The notes under the pieces: model-generated
Database searches by the model: none
The model's input: only the letters and a program-made list of their open reading frames with translations
Told to the model about the DNA's origin: nothing
Part shown: one piece after another, positions 20,820-27,999 of the stretch
Numbering within the stretch: position 1 is the stretch's first letter
How the letters are laid out: the number at the start of each line of letters is the position of its first letter
DNA from: Mucilaginibacter sp.
Lineage (GTDB): Bacteria; Bacteroidota; Bacteroidia; Sphingobacteriales; Sphingobacteriaceae
NCBI RefSeq assembly: GCF_965277465.1
Contig: NZ_CBDICW010000001.1
Coordinates: 451,654 to 515,653 of the forward strand
Direction: 5' to 3'
Length of the DNA stretch: 64,000 nt
Translations under genes and position numbers: made by a program

Positions 20820-20996
20820 CCTGGCTTTTTGTTAAGCAACCTCACCTGAACACAAGCCCTTTGTAAGGCAAGACTTTGCGAAAAAAAATACGCTTGCGAG
20901 GAACGAGCAAGGAAGATTTTTTTTCAGCAAACCCGCAGGGCCCCGGTCTTGACGTCAAAGGGCTTGTTCAGAAATTTGCTAACCAAAAAGCCTGGG
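20820..20996. repeat. ~177-nt imperfect palindrome (long multi-stem hairpin)
   Basis: Manual pairing gave five stems. Stem A: 20820-20839 with 20977-20996, 17/20. Stem B: 20846-20863 with 20956-20971, 16 bp with a 2-nt bulge. Stem C: 20867-20874 with 20946-20953, 7/8. Stem D: 20875-20889 with 20916-20931, 15 bp with a 1-nt bulge. Apical stem: CTTGC/GCAAG at 20893-20897 and 20907-20911. Confidence 0.8.
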
Positions 20997-21271
20997 GGAA
21001 TTTTTAAAAGGACATAGAAAACAGTATTAGAAAACAAGGAGTGGCGGTAAAAAGTTCGTGTGGTTTGGGTGAGCGCAGGCGATGCCCAAATCGCACGGTC
21101 TTTTAAAATGCAGGGAAGCGGCTGAATGAGGGACGAATGAAGTGACTGGACCTGCTGAGATACCTGGTGTCAATGCGGCTTGGCATAGTCAGTATGGTGC
21201 AGATTATTCACCAAAGCTTATAGGAGTTTATTGTTTTTTTGCCGACGATAATAATTACATTGATTTGAAAT

Positions 21272-21829
21272 TTAAAGTTTAGCCACCATTTGCCGGGCTT
21301 CCTGTACCAGTTCCTCTTTTTCTTTAACCGATGTTGTGAAGCCGAAATTTTCCCGTGCTTTGGCATATTGGTTTAGGATGTATTGGAATTTGATTTTGAG
21401 ACTTTCTTTGGTTTCCAGTTTTTCCGCGATTGTTTTAATCAGACGCTCCGTTTCCGCTGATTTTTCGATGTGTGCCTGGTGACTATTTATTAAATCTTTA
21501 TTCGCTTTCAACACCTGACCGTTAAAGCAGTCCAGTATTTTGATTTGGGATTGTACCATGCGGTCAACTTCGGTCTTGACAGGAATTAGTATTTTTTCTT
21601 CCTGCGCCCGGATGAAGCGGATGTAAGTGTCATGATTTTTAACAAGCGTATTTTTAAGTATTTCATCATTGATGTCAGAAGGGTCCTTTTTGGTACGGTG
21701 GAAATATTCTACCATCTTATTGAAGAACTGGAACTTGCTTAAGCTGAATTTTTGGGAAAGTTTACTAAGCTTTTCGTCTGTCTCCGCTGAAAAACGGAGG
21801 GTCTTGCTATAATTGTCTTTTGTGCTCAT
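21272..21829 (-). CDS. hypothetical protein; possible small oriT-binding mobilization accessory protein (BfmA/BtgA-like, unverified)
   Basis: 185 aa. The N-terminus TLRFSAETDEKLSKLSQKF looks ribbon-helix-helix-like and the rest is predicted coiled-coil. The family assignment is from memory only. Confidence 0.4.
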   Translation of the reverse strand: MSTKDNYSKTLRFSAETDEKLSKLSQKFSLSKFQFFNKMVEYFHRTKKDPSDINDEILKNTLVKNHDTYIRFIRAQEEKILIPVKTEVDRMVQSQIKILDCFNGQVLKANKDLINSHQAHIEKSAETERLIKTIAEKLETKESLKIKFQYILNQYAKARENFGFTTSVKEKEELVQEARQMVAKL

Positions 21830-22146
21830 TTTGTTTGTACTTATAAGGTGACTTATGGTTATTTCGGCCTTGCCGATAGTCCTGGGGCCTCAACTTATAC
21901 CAGGAGTATAAGTTAACCCCCCGTAGCGATAGCGTAGGGCAAGCAAAGTAGGGCTCTGCCCAACTTCCGCTTGCTCCATTTTTTTTCAAAAATGGACGCG
22001 GTTAAAACTCCAAACGATGCTTCGCACCGAAGCCGCTTGCCGGCTGCAATACCGCTTCGCGGGTTGCACCGGGGCGGCGCTTGTCCCTGTGGGCTAAATT
22101 CGCTGTCGCGGTGAATAAGAAATGGCAGCTACTTCACTTTTAACAA

Positions 22147-22683
22147 TTACAAATCATCCGATTTATACCCAATTCTTTTGCGCGGTATCGGTTCATTTTT
22201 CTTTTCCAATAGTTCATCCAAATAGCGGAATACGATCTCCATGTTTTTATCCTGGTTATCCAACTTTGATTTTATTTTTTCCACCTCTAATCGTAAATCA
22301 GTATTATCAAACAGCATTTGCCGCAGTTTGGTGAAAATGCGAATGATCTGTATGTTGACCTTAATCGCCCGTTCGCTGTTTAAAACGCTGGATAACATAG
22401 CAACTCCCTGTTCGGTAAAACAAAAAGGAACATACCTTAAACCTTGTTGGTCTGATTTGGAGGTCACAAATTGTGACCTCCAAATTTGAAATTCCTCTTT
22501 ATCCATTTCAAACATAAAATCCTCCGGGAACCTTACGATGTTACGTTTTACAGACTGTTTCAAAACCTTTGTTTCTACTTGGTATAGCTTAGCCAGATCA
22601 CGGTCTAACATAACTTTATGATCCCTTATGTAATAGATTTGGTTCATTACTATTTCATCGGGTATTAGTGCGTTCTCTTCCAT
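22147..22683 (-). CDS. ORF6N (KilA-N-like) domain DNA-binding protein
   Basis: IYYIRDHKVMLDRDLAKLYQVETKVLKQSVKRNIVRFPEDFMFEM...WRSQFVTS...FCFTEQGVAMLSSVLNSERAIKVNIQIIRIF is the characteristic ORF6N pattern. Confidence 0.85.
   Translation of the reverse strand: MEENALIPDEIVMNQIYYIRDHKVMLDRDLAKLYQVETKVLKQSVKRNIVRFPEDFMFEMDKEEFQIWRSQFVTSKSDQQGLRYVPFCFTEQGVAMLSSVLNSERAIKVNIQIIRIFTKLRQMLFDNTDLRLEVEKIKSKLDNQDKNMEIVFRYLDELLEKKNEPIPRKRIGYKSDDL
22455..22485. repeat. 31-bp perfect palindrome P1, inside the ORF6N coding sequence
   Basis: ATTTGGAGGTCACAA-A-TTGTGACCTCCAAAT: 15-bp arms around a central A. It encodes WRSQFVTSK. Confidence 0.9.
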
Positions 22684-22713
22684 AATTTGGATGCTTTTAA
22701 TTTGTCTTAAATT

Positions 22714-22744
22714 AACTTAAGGTCGCAAATTGCGACCTTAAGTT
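22714..22744. repeat. 31-bp perfect palindrome P2, in the integrase/ORF6N intergenic region (also a possible integrase terminator)
   Basis: AACTTAAGGTCGCAA-A-TTGCGACCTTAAGTT. It shares the core AGGTC(A/G)CAAATTG(T/C)GACCT with P1. Confidence 0.9.
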
Positions 22745-22754
22745 TTTGAGTAAT

Positions 22755-23984
22755 TTATTCATTAGCAAATTTTTTCCTAAGCAATGCCATATCCTTACTG
22801 ACTTTCAAATCCAAAACTTTTGCATAATGCTGTGTGGTTTTAATATTGGTGTGACCTAACATCTTGCTCACACTTTCGATAGGTACGCCATTAGATAAAG
22901 TTACCGTTGTAGCGAATGTGTGCCGGGCCATGTGAAATGTGAGCGTTTTAGTAATACCGCATATATCAGCTATTTCCTTTAAGTAGCTGTTCATCCGTTG
23001 ATTACTCAAAACAGGCAAAACAAGGTTCTTATTTACGCATTGCGGGTGATCGGCGTATTTGTTTACAATGTCGGCGGCTATGGCTAATAACGGTATTCTT
23101 GAATTGGTATCTGTTTTTTGCCTTGTTGTAAATATCCATTGTTCACCGTCAACACCTTTAGCTATTTGGTGGCGTTGTAATTTCTGCACATCTGCATAAC
23201 ATAAGCCGGTATAACAGCAGAATACAAATATATCCCGCACCTGTATCAGCCTTTCAATAGTGATACCCTTAATCACTATGGCCTCCAGTTCATTCTGCAT
23301 TAAAAACTCTTTTTCTTTCGCTTTGGCCTTTGATCTGTAATTGATAAATGGATTATCACTTAACCATTTGTTAGCTAAACAATTGTTAACGATCTTTTTT
23401 AGGTGCTTTACATATTTGGCGGCAGATACCCCGCTGCATTTGCATACCGTTTTTAGGTAAAATTCATAATTGACAATAAAGGCATGGTTCAAACTTTTAA
23501 TATCCATATCAGCTATGCCATATTGATGCTGCACAAACAACGACAAGTGTTTATATGAACTGCGATAACTTTTAAGGGTGTTGGCTACAAAGCCATTGCC
23601 AATTAATGCTTTTACCTGGTCGTTATGCTCATTAAATAACGCTACTATATAGTAGGGTTTTTCTGCACGGCCAATAAATTGATTACGTAACCTGTCGGCG
23701 GTAATACTTTCACCTGCTCCAATTAGTTGCTGGTGCGCATTCATTACTTTGGCTTGCAACGTGTCTAAGTAACTGTTTAAAGCCCTTACTTCCGATTTAG
23801 TGCCAATGCCCCGCCCAGCGTGGTTGTTCCACCCTGATGGCTCACAATCCCGTCCGGCAGACACTTCCGAACGTTTGCCATTAACGGTGATACGCATATA
23901 GACAGGCATGTTACCTGATACGTAAGCTTTTTGTTTCTTTAAATAAAAAAGCAGATTGAAATTAGTTTTCATGATTACAAGCAT
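22755..23984 (-). CDS. tyrosine-type site-specific integrase (Bacteroidota mobile-element type)
   Basis: The C-terminal catalytic region contains HMARHTFATTV and LGHTNIKTTQHYAKV. The N-terminal part is Arm/SAM-like (FYLKKQKAY...PVYMRITVNGKR). The track start at 23999 is a TTG inside a -7 box, so I moved the start to the first ATG (MLVIMKT...); the ATG at 23972 is also possible. Confidence 0.9.
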   Translation of the reverse strand: MLVIMKTNFNLLFYLKKQKAYVSGNMPVYMRITVNGKRSEVSAGRDCEPSGWNNHAGRGIGTKSEVRALNSYLDTLQAKVMNAHQQLIGAGESITADRLRNQFIGRAEKPYYIVALFNEHNDQVKALIGNGFVANTLKSYRSSYKHLSLFVQHQYGIADMDIKSLNHAFIVNYEFYLKTVCKCSGVSAAKYVKHLKKIVNNCLANKWLSDNPFINYRSKAKAKEKEFLMQNELEAIVIKGITIERLIQVRDIFVFCCYTGLCYADVQKLQRHQIAKGVDGEQWIFTTRQKTDTNSRIPLLAIAADIVNKYADHPQCVNKNLVLPVLSNQRMNSYLKEIADICGITKTLTFHMARHTFATTVTLSNGVPIESVSKMLGHTNIKTTQHYAKVLDLKVSKDMALLRKKFANE

Positions 23985-23996
23985 TAAAAAGTTAAA

Positions 23997-24004
23997 CAAA
24001 TGTA
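23997..24004 (-). promoter_or_regulatory. Bacteroidota -7 promoter box (TACATTTG) for the integrase
   Basis: Exact match to TAnnTTTG on the minus strand, immediately upstream of the first ATG. Confidence 0.45.
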
Positions 24005-24160
24005 TGCTTGCAACTAATAGGTATCAAGATGTTCAATTATTGAACTGGTTGACAGTCAATAATTTACAGCGTTTTTGGTGAGTAGTAACTTGACTTTATG
24101 GTACTCACCGAATTACTCACTTTTTTAACGTGATTTGGTGCATATTTTGGTGTTTTGACC

Positions 24161-24197
24161 AAAAAACAAAAGCCTGCAATCATTTGATTTGCAGGCT
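24161..24197 (-). terminator. rho-independent terminator downstream of tRNA-Arg
   Basis: On the minus strand: AGCCTGCAA-ATCAAATGA-TTGCAGGCT followed by TTTGTTTTTT. Confidence 0.7.
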
Positions 24198-24224
24198 TTT
24201 ATCGTATTTTGATATTGATTTTAG

Positions 24225-24296
24225 TGGTCCCGACGAGAATCGAACTCATATCTAGAGTTTAGGAAACTCCTATTCTATCCGTTGAACTACGGGACC
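24225..24296 (-). tRNA. tRNA-Arg (anticodon CCT)
   Basis: Manual cloverleaf fold. Acceptor stem GGTCCCG/CGGGACC; D stem GTTC/GAAT; anticodon stem GGAGT/ACTCT with loop TTCCTAA; T arm ATGAG-TTCGATT-CTCGT; discriminator A. CCA is not encoded. Confidence 0.9.
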
Positions 24297-24411
24297 GGTT
24301 TGCTTTACGCGGATTTTGAATGTGCAAATGTGCGAATTTTGAACGAGTTAGTCAACAAACATTTGCAGTTATGCGTATTTGCCTTTTTAACGTACTAATT
24401 GCAGTTGCGCA

Positions 24412-26484
24412 CTACCTTATTACCGATCCGTTATGCATCTCCTCTGTAGGCGAAACAAAGCTTAGCTTGCCTTCGCTGTTCTCGGCCATCAGGATCATTC
24501 CTTGCGATAGTATGCCTTTTATTTCGCGAGGTTCAAGGTTTACCAGGATGCTTACCTTTTGGCCTATAATGGCTTCGGGCTCGTAATGCTCGGCAATGCC
24601 CGATACTACGGTGCGCTGGTCAATCCCGGTATCAATGGTAAGCTTCAGTAGCTTTTTTGTTTTGGCAACTTTTTCGGCCGCTAAAATAGTGCCGGTGCGG
24701 ATATCCATCGTGGCAAACGATTCAAAGTTGATATTTTCTTTAGCGGCAACAACCTCAACTTGTTTTTGCGGGGCCGATGCTGCTTTTTTATCTATCAGTT
24801 TCTGGATCTGGAAATCAATCACCTCATCCTCTACCTTTTCAAATAAAAAGGCTGATGGGTTTAGCTGGTGCCCGTTCTCAAAAGCTATTTCCTGCTCAAA
24901 GGCTATTGCGCTAAATGACAGGTTAAGCATGCCTATTATTTTTTTAACCGTAGCCGGTAAAAACGGCTGCATACACGCTGCCAGGTGGCCGATAATCACC
25001 AAACAGTTATGCAACGCCGTCTTAGCGTCTTCGGGGTTGGTTTTGATGGTTTTCCAGGGCTCTTTTTCGGTCAGATAACGGTTACCCAAGCGGGCAATAT
25101 CCATTGCGCTTTGCAATGCCTGCCTAAACCTGTATGCCTCTAAATTTACTTCTATCTCTCCATAAAAACGACTGATCTCTGCAGCCAGCGTTTCATCGGT
25201 CAGCACAATTTTACCGGCATCGCTTTCAATCTTACCGTCAAAAAACTTGTGCATCAATATCATTACACGGTTTACGTAATTACCTAAAATGGCAACCAAT
25301 TCGTTATTAACACGTGCCTGGTAATCTTTCCAGGTAAACTCGCTGTCGCTGGTTTCGGGTAATATAGAGGTAAGTACATAGCGCAATTCGTCCTGCTTAC
25401 CCGGAAACTCTTCCAGATATTCATGCAGCCAAACAGCGTGGTTGCGCGAGGTAGATAGCTTATCCCCCTCTAAATTTAAAAACTCATTGGCAGGTACATT
25501 TTGCGGCAAAATATATTCGCCATGCGCATGCAGTATAGATGGGAAAATGATACAATGGAAAACGATATTGTCCTTACCAATAAAGTGCAGCAGGCAGGAG
25601 TCGCCAACATCTGGAGTTTGTTTTTTCCAGTATAGCTTCCAATCCTTGCCATTATCAAGGGCCCATTGTTTAGTGGCAGATATATAACCTATCGGCGCAT
25701 CCATCCAAACATAAAGTTTTTTGCCTTTGGCTTCTTCCAAAGGTACGTCAATACCCCAGTCAAGGTCGCGGGTCATGGAGCGGGGTTGCAAGCCCGATTT
25801 AAGCCATGATTTACACTGGCCAAATACGTTTACCTTCCAGTCGCCTTCTTTGGTATCAATCCACTGTTCAAGCCAGGGCTGATATTTATCAAGCGGCAGG
25901 TACCAGTGTTTGGTTTCGCGCAAAATGGGTGTTTTTCCGCTCAGGGTCGATACCGGGTTAATCAGGTCAGTTGGATTCAGCGAGGTACCGCAGCGCTCGC
26001 ACTGATCGCCGTAGGCATTCTCATTTTTACAGTTTGGGCAGGTACCAATAATATAACGGTCGGCCAAAAACTGCTGGTAATCCTCGTCATAATATTGTTC
26101 CGAAAACTTCTCTATAAACTCATCCTTCTCGTAAAGGTTCAGAAAAAACTCCTGCGAAAGATCATGGTGTATGGGCGATGAGGTGCGGTGATAAATATCA
26201 AAAGCTATCCCGAACTCTTCAAAGCTGTTTTTTATCTGGGTATGGTACTTGTCAATAATTGCCTGCGGGGTGGTATCCTCCTTTTTGGCTTTGATAGTGA
26301 TGGCAGCGCCATGCTCGTCAGACCCACAGATATAAACCACATCCTTTTTTTTAAGGCGAAGGTAGCGTACAAAAATATCGGCAGGTAAATATGCACCGGC
26401 CAAATGGCCTATATGGAGCGGCCCATTAGCATACGGCAATGCCGATGTTACTGTAAACCGTTTAAATTTATTAAGCTTTGACAT
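24412..26484 (-). CDS. metG: methionine--tRNA ligase
   Basis: HIGH motif (PYANGPLHIGH), KMSKS-like motif (KLSTSR), zinc-knuckle cysteines (CPNCKNENAYGDQCERCG) and a C-terminal tRNA-binding (EMAP-like) domain. The start was moved to the ATG MSKLNKF because the track start is a TTG inside the -7 box. Confidence 0.95.
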   Translation of the reverse strand: MSKLNKFKRFTVTSALPYANGPLHIGHLAGAYLPADIFVRYLRLKKKDVVYICGSDEHGAAITIKAKKEDTTPQAIIDKYHTQIKNSFEEFGIAFDIYHRTSSPIHHDLSQEFFLNLYEKDEFIEKFSEQYYDEDYQQFLADRYIIGTCPNCKNENAYGDQCERCGTSLNPTDLINPVSTLSGKTPILRETKHWYLPLDKYQPWLEQWIDTKEGDWKVNVFGQCKSWLKSGLQPRSMTRDLDWGIDVPLEEAKGKKLYVWMDAPIGYISATKQWALDNGKDWKLYWKKQTPDVGDSCLLHFIGKDNIVFHCIIFPSILHAHGEYILPQNVPANEFLNLEGDKLSTSRNHAVWLHEYLEEFPGKQDELRYVLTSILPETSDSEFTWKDYQARVNNELVAILGNYVNRVMILMHKFFDGKIESDAGKIVLTDETLAAEISRFYGEIEVNLEAYRFRQALQSAMDIARLGNRYLTEKEPWKTIKTNPEDAKTALHNCLVIIGHLAACMQPFLPATVKKIIGMLNLSFSAIAFEQEIAFENGHQLNPSAFLFEKVEDEVIDFQIQKLIDKKAASAPQKQVEVVAAKENINFESFATMDIRTGTILAAEKVAKTKKLLKLTIDTGIDQRTVVSGIAEHYEPEAIIGQKVSILVNLEPREIKGILSQGMILMAENSEGKLSFVSPTEEMHNGSVIR

Positions 26485-26502
26485 TAAATAGTAATAATTG
26501 TG

Positions 26503-26510
26503 CAAAGATA
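26503..26510 (-). promoter_or_regulatory. -7 promoter box TATCTTTG for metG
   Basis: Exact TAnnTTTG match, 18 nt upstream of the ATG. Confidence 0.5.
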
Positions 26511-26523
26511 CCTATTTAGTCGC

Positions 26524-26553
26524 GAAAGTCCGAAAGCGGGGAAAGTCCGAAAG
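26524..26553. repeat. tandem 13-nt direct repeat GAAAGTCCGAAAG x2 (4-nt spacer)
   Basis: The sequence is GAAAGTCCGAAAG-CGGG-GAAAGTCCGAAAG, followed by T7, in the metG/LD-carboxypeptidase divergent intergenic region. Confidence 0.7.
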
Positions 26554-26570
26554 TTTTTTTATACTTGGTG

Positions 26571-27500
26571 ATGGATACACATTTATCAGCCATAACTGCC
26601 CTGCCCGAGATTCCTTTTCTTAAAAAAGGAGATAAGATAGCAATCACCTGCCCGGCCAAGAAACTGCCTAACCCCATGACGGATGCCATAACCCTGCTGC
26701 AATCATGGGGCTTAGTAGTTGTTTTGGGCGATACCGTTACTGCCAGCTATAACCAGTTTGCCGGCGATGACGCCTTTAGGGCGAAAGACCTGCAGCGCTT
26801 TATTGATGACGACAGCATTAAGGCTATTATTGCTGCACGCGGTGGATACGGAACTGTGAGGATGATTGACCTGGTTGATTTTAGCCGTTTTGCCCAAAAC
26901 CCAAAATGGGTAATAGGTTTCAGTGATATTACGCTGCTGCATGCGCACTTGTTTGCAAATTACAATGCACCCAGCATACACGGGCAAATGCCCATGACCA
27001 TTCCCGATGCTTCGGCCAGGTCATTGGATACCTTAAGGAAAGCTTTATTTGGCGAGGAGATCAGTTATCAGCTTGCACCAAATACAATGAACCGGCAAGG
27101 TGAAGGAAGCGGCCTGCTGATAGGCGGCAATCTTTCTATATTGCTCTCGGCATCAGGCTCGGTTTCGGATATGGATTACCGGGATAAAATATTGTTTATT
27201 GAGGATATTGGCGAGTACCTGTACGCGGTAGACCGGATGCTGCGCACCCTGAAACGCGCAGGAAAGTTAGCACACCTGGCGGGGATAATAGCCGGGGGCT
27301 TTACCGATATAAAAGATAATGACATCCCCTTTGGGCAAACCGTACCCGAAATTATTATGGACATAGTTAAAGAATATAATTACCCGGTATGCTTTGATTT
27401 CCCGGCAGGGCATGTGCCTGATAATTGCAGCCTGATATTAGGGAAAACGCTAAATTTGTGTGTAACAGCTACAGGCGCAAGCATAAATTACACTTTTTGA
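26571..27500 (+). CDS. LD-carboxypeptidase (peptidase S66 family)
   Basis: GFSDITLLH (nucleophile Ser context), the FIEDIGE motif, and a C-terminal H (PAGH). The start is set at the first ATG; the track start is TTG-GTG-ATG. Confidence 0.85.
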   Translation: MDTHLSAITALPEIPFLKKGDKIAITCPAKKLPNPMTDAITLLQSWGLVVVLGDTVTASYNQFAGDDAFRAKDLQRFIDDDSIKAIIAARGGYGTVRMIDLVDFSRFAQNPKWVIGFSDITLLHAHLFANYNAPSIHGQMPMTIPDASARSLDTLRKALFGEEISYQLAPNTMNRQGEGSGLLIGGNLSILLSASGSVSDMDYRDKILFIEDIGEYLYAVDRMLRTLKRAGKLAHLAGIIAGGFTDIKDNDIPFGQTVPEIIMDIVKEYNYPVCFDFPAGHVPDNCSLILGKTLNLCVTATGASINYTF

Positions 27501-27543
27501 TCATATTTTTTTCAAACTCCATCTACCAAAAAAACATACAAGC

Positions 27544-27951
27544 ATGGCAATATTGAGCAATTTGGGCAAATACAAAAACTTTGGCCTGTTAATTATCAGG
27601 ATTGGGTTGGGTATAATGTTCATTTTTCATGGCTACCCTAAATTGGGCGGCGGCGTAAAAACCTGGGAACAGATTGGCACTTCAACCAAATATATTGGTA
27701 TTCATTTTTGGCCGGTAGTTTTTGGCCTGCTCAGCGTGGTGGTTGAAACATTTGGCGGTTTCCTGCTTATCATAGGCCTTGCATTTAGGCCCGTTTGCCT
27801 TTTAATGATAATAAACCTTATTGTAGCCGCTTTATTTCACTTTGGCAAAGGCGATGGCCTTGAAGGTGCTGCGCATGCTATTGAAGATGCGATAATGTTT
27901 GCAGGGCTCTTGTTTTTGGGTGCAGGGAAATATAGTGTAGATAAAAAATAG
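27544..27951 (+). CDS. DoxX family membrane protein
   Basis: 135 aa with four hydrophobic segments and the typical DoxX start LLIIRIGLGIMFIFHGYPKL. Confidence 0.8.
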   Translation: MAILSNLGKYKNFGLLIIRIGLGIMFIFHGYPKLGGGVKTWEQIGTSTKYIGIHFWPVVFGLLSVVVETFGGFLLIIGLAFRPVCLLMIINLIVAALFHFGKGDGLEGAAHAIEDAIMFAGLLFLGAGKYSVDKK

Positions 27952-27984
27952 AAAACCGGTTGCAAAAACCAATTCTGCAACCGG
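27951..27984 (-). terminator. hairpin terminator after the peptide genes (shared convergently with doxX)
   Basis: CCGGTTGCA-N11-TGCAACCGG. On the minus strand it is followed by TTTTC. Confidence 0.6.
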
Positions 27985-27999
27985 AAAATATGCAAACTA

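Larger units (their letters stand above)
18375..24004 (-). mobile_element. small integrated element (gene-defined minimal span) next to tRNA-Arg: integrase, ORF6N, small mobilization-accessory-like protein, DUF932 and tiny ORFs; exact ends unresolved
   Basis: All genes are on the minus strand. A tyrosine integrase sits at the tRNA-proximal end, and the other genes are typical of phage, plasmid or ICE accessory regions. I could not find att direct repeats by eye. Confidence 0.65.

Noticed and set aside
21807-21989. 60-aa minus-strand ORF
   Set aside because: It overlaps the start of the 185-aa gene and sits in the hairpin-dense GC-rich block. The sequence is not protein-like. The region is treated as non-coding.
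24225-24260. Expectation that the island's att site is the 3' end of tRNA-Arg, with a duplicated copy at the far end
   Set aside because: I scanned 18057-18375 by eye for GAATCGAAC, GGTCCCG and CGACGAGAA and found nothing. A tRNA terminator also lies between the tRNA and the integrase. Only weak 7-8-mers (TTGACCA, TTGACTT, ATTGACTG) are shared between the two junction regions, which is insufficient.
24320-24586. 88-aa + strand ORF spanning the tRNA/metG gap into the metG 3' end
   Set aside because: It overlaps metG antisense and the presumed tRNA promoter region, and has no motif.
26485-26505. TTG start codons used by the track for metG (26505) and for the integrase (23999)
   Set aside because: In both cases the TTG is the TTTG of an exact TAnnTTTG -7 promoter box, so it would not be transcribed as coding sequence. 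The starts were moved to downstream ATGs.
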